The translations under genes and the position numbers were made by a program. 64,000 bases of DNA from a virus (lineage: Duplodnaviria; Caudoviricetes), in the IMG/VR virus record IMGVR_UViG_3300020048_000109, positions 7,580 through 71,579 of that record. The stretch is one strand, 5' to 3'. Below are positions 57,592 to 64,000 of the stretch, piece after piece (the first letter of the stretch is position 1; each line of letters opens with the position of its first letter). A model generated the notes under the pieces. That model was not told where the DNA came from, made no database searches, and worked only from the letters and a program-made list of their open reading frames with translations.

Positions 57592-58968
57592 TTAGTTTGG
57601 ATTTAGATTTAACGGTCTTTCGGATGGTGTTGTATCCTGCAATTTTTTTGCGCCTATGTGATAAAAGCCCATTTTTAGATTTTTATCCGGGAAGTTTACC
57701 TTTAAGGCATAGTTTATCATTTTGGTGACAATCATCTCTGGAATGTCATTTTGCGTTAACAGGTAATTTTGAAGCGCATTGTTTTGCTCGCTTCCTGAAT
57801 TTACCTTGGTTTGTTCGCCTGAACCTGCAATGGCCGGATTTACGCCAATGGAAGTCGATATTTTTTGAGAGGAGTGATCGGAGATTACTACCTGTGCATT
57901 TACAAAATCTTTTAATTTTTGGTCGATTGGTTTAATTTCCCAACCGTGTTCAATAAGGTTGGTTCCGTCAACGGTAAAGGATTTTTTAGTATGCCAAAAC
58001 TTCCCGGTATTTTCTTCTGAAGACAATACTTTTGAAACGCCTTTTAAAAGTTCCTGCTCGTAATCGGCCAACATTTGGCTGTTATAGGTGATGCCTCTAT
58101 CAGTGCAATTCTTTTTTAAAGCATCTTCTTTCTGGTCCCAAAATTCCTGCGGAGAAATTACGTGGTAACTTAAGTTGATGCTGTTTTTGGATAAGGCTTT
58201 CAATATTAAAGGAATCGCATTAGAACGGCGAATCCATTCCAATGAGCCATATATATCCGGCACGGTATAATAATCGGCACAAAATGAGTACATATTTGAA
58301 TAGTACATTGAATTGCGATGCTGAAAAGGATTCTTAAAATCGAATATCGCATAGACATTCATATCCATTATGGCGTTCAATGTTTCAAAAGAGAAGTCGG
58401 TAACTACAACGTGTGTAGGCTTACGGCTTTGTTTGGCGTACTCAGATGCCAGGCGCGCACGGTCTACAGATACGTGCTCTAACTTGGAGATGATCTTATT
58501 AAGCCCTACTCGGTTACCTTTGCCTAGGTAAGCCTTGGTAAACGCACCCTCAATGTAGGAGGTATCTACAGCACAGCGCATAAGATATTCCTCATAGTCC
58601 CACGTATCGAGCCATTTTTGTACATCTTTATCCTCAGTCCACATCTTATTCAGTTGATTATCTTTATCAACTTCCTCCTTATATAGCTTAGGACCTTTCC
58701 CCCACAACAATCCCGACTTACGTTTAAGCATACCAGGCGCATCGCTATTGGCTTGGATAACCTTTTGTATCTCTTTAGGTAGGTTATTGTTATCACCATA
58801 AGGATGAATACGCCAGTCACCAACGTGATAATCTTTATCAACCCAGTCTAGGGTATCCTGAGAAGTACGGAAGGATGCGAAGTCTCTTGGACTTTCAGAT
58901 ACTTCAAATGTGTAGGCCATTTGGTCATTGGTCACTAAGGCATTCTTACCTATATATTCTATATTCAT
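57592..58968 (-). CDS. Portal protein
   Basis: 458 aa; PYGDNNNLP, LLWGKG, YYTVPD, GVNPAIAG, SGSE. Confidence 0.85.
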   Translation of the reverse strand: MNIEYIGKNALVTNDQMAYTFEVSESPRDFASFRTSQDTLDWVDKDYHVGDWRIHPYGDNNNLPKEIQKVIQANSDAPGMLKRKSGLLWGKGPKLYKEEVDKDNQLNKMWTEDKDVQKWLDTWDYEEYLMRCAVDTSYIEGAFTKAYLGKGNRVGLNKIISKLEHVSVDRARLASEYAKQSRKPTHVVVTDFSFETLNAIMDMNVYAIFDFKNPFQHRNSMYYSNMYSFCADYYTVPDIYGSLEWIRRSNAIPLILKALSKNSINLSYHVISPQEFWDQKEDALKKNCTDRGITYNSQMLADYEQELLKGVSKVLSSEENTGKFWHTKKSFTVDGTNLIEHGWEIKPIDQKLKDFVNAQVVISDHSSQKISTSIGVNPAIAGSGEQTKVNSGSEQNNALQNYLLTQNDIPEMIVTKMINYALKVNFPDKNLKMGFYHIGAKKLQDTTPSERPLNLNPN

Positions 58969-59258
58969 ATGGATATGTATTGTCCGTTAAACATCATTAG
59001 TAATGGTAGGTAGAACTGTTTATTGTCTTCTGCCCCTGTGCTCTTGTAGTCTATGTAAGCTATAAGTATGTCAGCTTTATCACTCTGGTTGGCTCGGTAA
59101 CCTGGTCTAAGGATAGCGTTATGCACCACCTTGTAACCTTTAGATATCTTATTGGTTGTATCACAAGTTATGAAGCCAAAAGAAAAAGGGATGTTGAGCT
59201 CCGAAAGATCTCTCATCTTCTGTATGGCGTCTCGCAGCTTAATTGGTTGGTTGCTCAT
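58965..59258 (-). CDS. Conserved small protein upstream of the portal (likely start ATG 59258)
   Basis: IKLRDAIQKMR...FSFGF; the late-promoter -7 box lies inside the longer ORF-track call. Confidence 0.65.
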   Translation of the reverse strand: MSNQPIKLRDAIQKMRDLSELNIPFSFGFITCDTTNKISKGYKVVHNAILRPGYRANQSDKADILIAYIDYKSTGAEDNKQFYLPLLMMFNGQYISI

Positions 59259-59279
59259 TATACGGTTGCTTATTAAGTA

Positions 59280-59314
59280 CAAGTATACATATAGGTACAT
59301 TGTTCTTTAAGACA
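59280..59314 (-). promoter_or_regulatory. Phage B late promoter candidate (TGTCTTAAA-N18-TATACTTG)
   Basis: Heads the portal operon. Confidence 0.7.
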
Positions 59315-59690
59315 TGAACAATAAGAAGCATACAAGTACTGATTATCAAGCCTTGAAAGGTATTTTATAGCTTAAACGGTTGCCTTTTAGGCAATCATAT
59401 ATCTAAAAAAGAGCAATTTGCACAAGCAATAACGATTATCAGCGTGACGGGGAGAGTTGTTATACAATCAATTCGTTGACCCTTGTTATCAAGGTTAAAC
59501 GATTGATTTATAAAACTTTACATATTTTTAATGTTGATTTATGGGCGGTTTTTGGCTTTTTATTTATGCATATCGACTTATTTAGAATGATTTTAAACTA
59601 GTGTTAATACTGCCGTTTTACTGGTGTTTAGTCGTTTTTTTGTTTACTTTTTTGTATCTTTAAGTATTAATAATCAATAAATTATCTATT

Positions 59691-60158
59691 ATGAGTACTT
59701 TAAAAAATGCGCCTAAAATGGGCAACAATGACAAAAAGGTTTTATTTCTTAACCCTGCCGGAACCGGCAAAAAAGAAGCTATTGTTGAAACTCAAAAAGA
59801 GGTAAAAAAAGAAGAAACGCCTGGCGTTCTTTTGGATGGTCCGAAAGTTGAGAAAAAAACGACCGAAGAAATTATAAAAACTTTTGCACCAAGCGCAGAA
59901 GAGCGAATTAAAAACGCTGACAATTTCAAAATTTTGACGAATAAATTTGCGCACTTGAAAACCAAAAGCGACGAGTTAAAACGCTTCAAAATTTCGAGCG
60001 ACGGCACCAAAGAAAAAATTTATTTGGAAAATGCGGAAGGCTTCAAATTTGAGGTTTCAAATTCAAAAATTGTGGATGCTACTTTAAAACTTTTGGAGAC
60101 TACGCTCGATGAAATTTTAAGCAACACCGAAAAACAAGTACAAGAATTTATTATTTAA
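59691..60158 (+). CDS. Hypothetical protein, first gene of the antisense cassette
   Basis: 155-aa ORF followed by a terminator. Confidence 0.7.
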   Translation: MSTLKNAPKMGNNDKKVLFLNPAGTGKKEAIVETQKEVKKEETPGVLLDGPKVEKKTTEEIIKTFAPSAEERIKNADNFKILTNKFAHLKTKSDELKRFKISSDGTKEKIYLENAEGFKFEVSNSKIVDATLKLLETTLDEILSNTEKQVQEFII

Positions 60159-60171
60159 TTAACCAAAATGA

Positions 60172-60200
60172 GAAAGCCCTTTTGTCGAGAAAGGGCTTTT
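60172..60200 (+). terminator. Intrinsic terminator
   Basis: AAAGCCCTTT-TGTCGAG-AAAGGGCTTTT. Confidence 0.65.
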
Positions 60201-60219
60201 AAATCCTAAAAGTAAGTAT

Positions 60220-60450
60220 ATGACACTCACAACAATTAAGACGGACAAATCTAAATTATTTCTTCTATCTGAGCAAGTAAAAAGACACTTAAACGATAAA
60301 GGTTTTTTAAAAATTTTCAATTACTCGGATTACGAGTATTTTAAAGGAAAAACAAAAAACGCCTCCAATAAAGTTGAGGCAATTGTAAACCTATTTATTG
60401 AAGAAAACCAAATTTCAAACACAAGCGATTTACATGAGTACATTTTTTAA
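60220..60450 (+). CDS. Hypothetical protein
   Basis: 76-aa ORF. Confidence 0.55.
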   Translation: MTLTTIKTDKSKLFLLSEQVKRHLNDKGFLKIFNYSDYEYFKGKTKNASNKVEAIVNLFIEENQISNTSDLHEYIF

Positions 60451-60628
60451 TATCAGGAAATTAACGGTTTCCTCGCAGTATGTTAAAAATATGTGGAAAA
60501 AACAAACCGTTTCACCAAAACTCACCATTTCGGGAGTATGGATGCAAAAAGCAGGTTTTGAAATTGGCGAAAAAGTAACGGTTTCAGTATCAAAAAATTT
60601 ATTAATCATCACAAAATTAGAAGAATGA
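60398..60628 (+). CDS. symE: SymE-family (AbrB-fold) toxin-like protein
   Basis: PKLTISGVWMQKAGFEIGEKVTVSV...LII signature. Confidence 0.8.
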   Translation: MKKTKFQTQAIYMSTFFNIRKLTVSSQYVKNMWKKQTVSPKLTISGVWMQKAGFEIGEKVTVSVSKNLLIITKLEE

Positions 60629-60984
60629 CACCAAAACAGGAAGAACACCAAATAAAAAAAAGAGCCTTAATTGAACTTTCCAAAACGGCTAAAATGATTC
60701 AGCTCACAGACCCAGACGAAAGAAATATTAATAGTATTTTAATCGAGGAATTTTATATGGATGACGAAAATCAAGAATTTAACACCTTTCACGATTGGAT
60801 AAAACAAGGTAAAAAGGTAAAAAAAGGAGAAAAAGCCTTTTTGGTTTGGGGAAGAAAACGCAAAAACACCCAAGACCAACCAACGGCAGAACCAAAGAGC
60901 GCCGACGAAAAAGAATTTTCTTTTTATCCTATGTGCTATTTATTTTCTAACGCCCAAGTTGAAAACCGAAATGTTAAAAACTAG
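60625..60984 (+). CDS. ardC: ArdC-like ssDNA-binding N-terminal domain protein
   Basis: FNTFHDWIKQGKKVKKGEKAFLVW...LFSNAQV. Confidence 0.8.
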   Translation: MTPKQEEHQIKKRALIELSKTAKMIQLTDPDERNINSILIEEFYMDDENQEFNTFHDWIKQGKKVKKGEKAFLVWGRKRKNTQDQPTAEPKSADEKEFSFYPMCYLFSNAQVENRNVKN

Positions 60985-61624
60985 GGATGTACCAAGCGAG
61001 TTGAAAAATTTCAACTCGCTTTTTTCTGCATTCAAATACAAATATGATTTGTATAGTTTGTACGATGATTTACTGACAATTATCATTTGTTGCCTTGCGC
61101 ATCAAACCGAAGAAAAACTATATTTTGAAACCATTAAAAAATATACAAAAGAGGAACTCAATAATTTTGCGCGTTTGTTTGCCGAATTACTTATTATTTA
61201 CAACAGAGCAAAGACTGCAGAGCGCTGGACGGATCCTTTAGGCGAATATTACGAAATATTGGCAAGCAACTCTAAAAAGAGCGCATTTGGCCAATTTTTT
61301 ACACCTGCTCCAATTTGTGATATGATTGCCCAAATGACCATAGGCAAAAATGAATGGGGCAAAAATATAAATGAGCCTTGTAGCGGTAGCGGTCGCTTTA
61401 TTTTGGCTGCAAACCACCAAGCAATGGGCAATTATTTTGTGGCGCAGGATTTAGATTCCATTTGCTGTAAAATGACCGCAATTAATATGTGCCTGCACGA
61501 AATAAGAGGAGAAGTCCACAATATGGACACTATAAGGATGACAGACCTTAGAGTGTCATATTCTATCAATTATGATTTTCACAAGCACAAAACGCCTTTA
61601 ATTGTTGTTATACGCCCTAATTAG
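60959..61624 (+). CDS. Short N-6 DNA methylase-like protein
   Basis: DPLGEYY, GQFFTP, INEPCSGSGRF SAM-binding motif; no NPPY/DPPY motif seen. Confidence 0.8.
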   Translation: MKTEMLKTRDVPSELKNFNSLFSAFKYKYDLYSLYDDLLTIIICCLAHQTEEKLYFETIKKYTKEELNNFARLFAELLIIYNRAKTAERWTDPLGEYYEILASNSKKSAFGQFFTPAPICDMIAQMTIGKNEWGKNINEPCSGSGRFILAANHQAMGNYFVAQDLDSICCKMTAINMCLHEIRGEVHNMDTIRMTDLRVSYSINYDFHKHKTPLIVVIRPN

Positions 61625-61635
61625 GGCGTTTTTTA
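61611..61635 (+). terminator. Intrinsic terminator
   Basis: ACGCCCT-AATT-AGGGCGT-TTTTT. Confidence 0.65.
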
Positions 61636-61728
61636 TTCAAAAAAAATCGCCCTTGCGGGCGGTTTTGGTTTGTTCCGGGCTTTCTTTTAGTTTTTTTTTA
61701 GTTTGCCATGGCTTTTTTCAGAAATCTT

Positions 61729-63423
61729 TTACCCAATAGTTGGCGCACTCAAGGTACTTTGTTTGCGTTTCATTGCAATTTTTACCCACTGTGGACGAAA
61801 GAAAAAGTATTTTAAGGCATCGCTCATATTGGTGGAATGCATTGGCAGTTTTTTATGTTCCAATTTTTCTGATGACTTATCTTTATGCAGTGTTTTAGAA
61901 CCGTTTGGTTTTATCCTTATTTTAATTTTCGCCAGTTCCATACTGCTTTTTAATTCCCTGCAGCCAAATTTATCAATTCTTACTTCGGGCAAAGCAGGAT
62001 CATAATTGCCCAGCATATTTTTCATTAAATTATATTCTTCCTCTTGCATAATGGTGGCTTGGTTCTTACTCATCAGCCTAACGGTCCATCCTGTTGAAAC
62101 GCCATTGGTATATTCAATAAAATCGGCAAGCTCGCTCACCCAGTCACGGCGAATTTTAGAATACTGATTTCCGCTTCGGTCGTAATACAAATTCAAGGTT
62201 TTGTTTTTATGGTATTTATAAAAACTTAGAAACTGCAATGCAAGATGTTTACTGCTTTCTGGAGGAAGCGTCCAAAAATTCTTAAACATATACACATAAT
62301 TTCCCAATTCCTGACCGGTAACCATTGAGCACATATCTCCAAAATCGACACCGCCATCCAATTCTTTAGTATGATTTATGTAGATTAATGCCAGCGAGCT
62401 CGGCTCAACTTCTTCCCCAATTTTATATTTATCGTAATAAGCTTTGTTGATGCCGTCGCCAATAAAATGATGTTCGCCCAAATTCACATAAAACTTTTCG
62501 CCTTTTTTTAAACTTGGGCGCAGGGAAACAATGGCACTTTTAAATTCTTCAATTCCCAAGGCTTCCAAAGAATCTTTAAAATAGCCCGGCGTTAAAATAT
62601 CTACATTGGCAAAGGAAGAAACCACGTAAAACAACGTAGACTCTTTTCGCACGCGCACCCAATCCACCATCCACCGAAACAATTGCTTTTGCAGTAATTT
62701 TACTTTCGCAAAATCTCTATCCTGGAGCGCATTGTACAATTCCTTTTTCACCTTGTTTAAAGTAATGGCGACATTTAAGCAATCTTTTATTTGCTGCACG
62801 TTCATTTCCTTTTCACGATCATAAATCCAGTCATAATCGCCTTCCAAAATGTTTGGCATATCGGTAGTGGCAGTAATTCCACGGTAATAAACAGAATGTC
62901 CAAATAGCGGATAGCCACGCAACGCCGGCATTAATTTTTTCAACTTCTGAAAATCCTGATTACGGGCTTCATCCACAAATCCGTGCTGATAACTATTTCC
63001 TGCAGCCGATGTTGGTACATCTAAACTTACCAAAATAAAAAGATTTCCAAATCTTGTGGAAATGGTATGCTTGTAAGTTTCGGGCTGTTTGTAGGGTAAT
63101 AAAAAATGCGCAGGCGGCGGCTGGTCGGTCACAAAATCGATACCTTCTTTCCATCCTTTTCGTTTCCATCCCTCGATTAACGACGGAACAATATTTTTGA
63201 GGGCGTTGGTATAGGTATCTGAAGAAAAGAAAAAATAAGCGCCCGGCATATCTTCGCAAATTTTTATTGAACGCCCTGCAGCTATATCCGTAGTTTTTGC
63301 ACCACCGCGCCCAACAACCAAAAACAAGTTTTTAGGCGAAATTAAATCCACCATCATTGTTAACCACGAGGCAAATCTTACTTCAACCTGTTCATCAATC
63401 TTTACGCGCGTTTTCCTGCTCAT
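61729..63423 (-). CDS. terL: Terminase large subunit B
   Basis: VVGRGGAKTT Walker A, FVDEA Walker B, GVDFG and MSDALKY nuclease motifs. Confidence 0.92.
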   Translation of the reverse strand: MSRKTRVKIDEQVEVRFASWLTMMVDLISPKNLFLVVGRGGAKTTDIAAGRSIKICEDMPGAYFFFSSDTYTNALKNIVPSLIEGWKRKGWKEGIDFVTDQPPPAHFLLPYKQPETYKHTISTRFGNLFILVSLDVPTSAAGNSYQHGFVDEARNQDFQKLKKLMPALRGYPLFGHSVYYRGITATTDMPNILEGDYDWIYDREKEMNVQQIKDCLNVAITLNKVKKELYNALQDRDFAKVKLLQKQLFRWMVDWVRVRKESTLFYVVSSFANVDILTPGYFKDSLEALGIEEFKSAIVSLRPSLKKGEKFYVNLGEHHFIGDGINKAYYDKYKIGEEVEPSSLALIYINHTKELDGGVDFGDMCSMVTGQELGNYVYMFKNFWTLPPESSKHLALQFLSFYKYHKNKTLNLYYDRSGNQYSKIRRDWVSELADFIEYTNGVSTGWTVRLMSKNQATIMQEEEYNLMKNMLGNYDPALPEVRIDKFGCRELKSSMELAKIKIRIKPNGSKTLHKDKSSEKLEHKKLPMHSTNMSDALKYFFFRPQWVKIAMKRKQSTLSAPTIG

Positions 63424-64000
63424 CTGGGAATAGTATAATATCTTCGATTAGTGATTCCCGGTAAATCATTTTGCGTTCTTTTTCTGTCAACTCCGGATAA
63501 TTGTCCACTTGTTCTTTTAAGGCAATTCTGTTAATTGGATCCATTCCTGCTTCCAGCGCATCGGTAGTGTACATCACAAATTGTTTTTTCAACCATTCTT
63601 CCGGAATAAAAGCCACTTCTTCTTTATCGCCACCACGAACAATCCAAGCATCTTTTATCATAGAAACCAACGCTTTTGCATCTTTCATATCATTTACAAC
63701 CATTTCAGCAATGGCAATTACACGGTCAATTTTATCGGCATAAACATTACTTTGCGCCTGTTGAGACAGCTGTGCGCTTGCATAGAAGTACTCCAGTGCG
63801 TTATAATATAAATTTGTTGCTACGTGTCGACTTAACGAATGAACCTTTATAAAATGATTTAAAATGGATTCTTTAGTTCCGTAATCCAAAGCCCGTAAAT
63901 GCATAGACCGTACCTGATCCATAAAATCCAAGTACACCACGATTTTTTCGGGTGCTTTTGCCGGATCTCCGTTATCTATAAAATCATAGATATCGGACAA
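63395..64000 (-). CDS. terS: Putative terminase small subunit B (start at window edge)
   Basis: Overlaps the TerL start; same position as 1178..1741. Confidence 0.55.
   Translation of the reverse strand: MSDIYDFIDNGDPAKAPEKIVVYLDFMDQVRSMHLRALDYGTKESILNHFIKVHSLSRHVATNLYYNALEYFYASAQLSQQAQSNVYADKIDRVIAIAEMVVNDMKDAKALVSMIKDAWIVRGGDKEEVAFIPEEWLKKQFVMYTTDALEAGMDPINRIALKEQVDNYPELTEKERKMIYRESLIEDIILFPDEQENARKD

Larger units (their letters stand above)
26550..64000 (-). mobile_element. Temperate phage genome segment B (permuted, extends right of window)
   Basis: Lysis, fibre, origin, primase, CI/Cro, attP, integrase, tail, TMP, portal, TerL, TerS; three TGTCTTAAA late-promoter copies. Left boundary uncertain (26520-33550). 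Confidence 0.8.

Noticed and set aside
1-64000. Simple tandem array of three prophages integrated at one tRNA
   Set aside because: The two att cores are different sequences and each has its own arm motif on both sides, which fits two intact attP sites; kept only as a lower-ranked alternative

Overview
The whole 64 kb is temperate siphovirus-like DNA from a Bacteroidota host, probably Flavobacteriaceae (TAnnTTTG -7 promoter boxes, Bacteroidota-type primase and integrases). I recognise no host genes. It holds parts of two related but distinct phage genomes in the same orientation. Phage A (<1 to ~26520) runs: TerL, TerS, ParB-methylase, tube, capsid, ClpP protease, origin, DnaG-helicase, CI/Cro, attP with a tRNA-Leu 3' end, integrase, tail and tape measure. 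Phage B (~26550 to >64000) runs: lysis, fibre, origin, primase-helicase, CI/Cro, attP with a tRNA-like 3' end, integrase, tail, tape measure, connectors, portal, an antisense ArdC/SymE/methylase cassette, TerL and TerS. Both att regions look like intact attP sites with matching arm repeats on both sides, so the two genomes appear circularly permuted and fused near 26.5 kb rather than integrated. Each phage has its own three-copy late promoter motif and its own origin repeats. Other highlights are an 18-bp palindrome array that starts inside an HTH gene and recurs over the promoter of a candidate late activator, attC-like hairpins, and a covarying structured element shared by both phages. All protein calls come from motif recognition and synteny by eye; no database searches were run.
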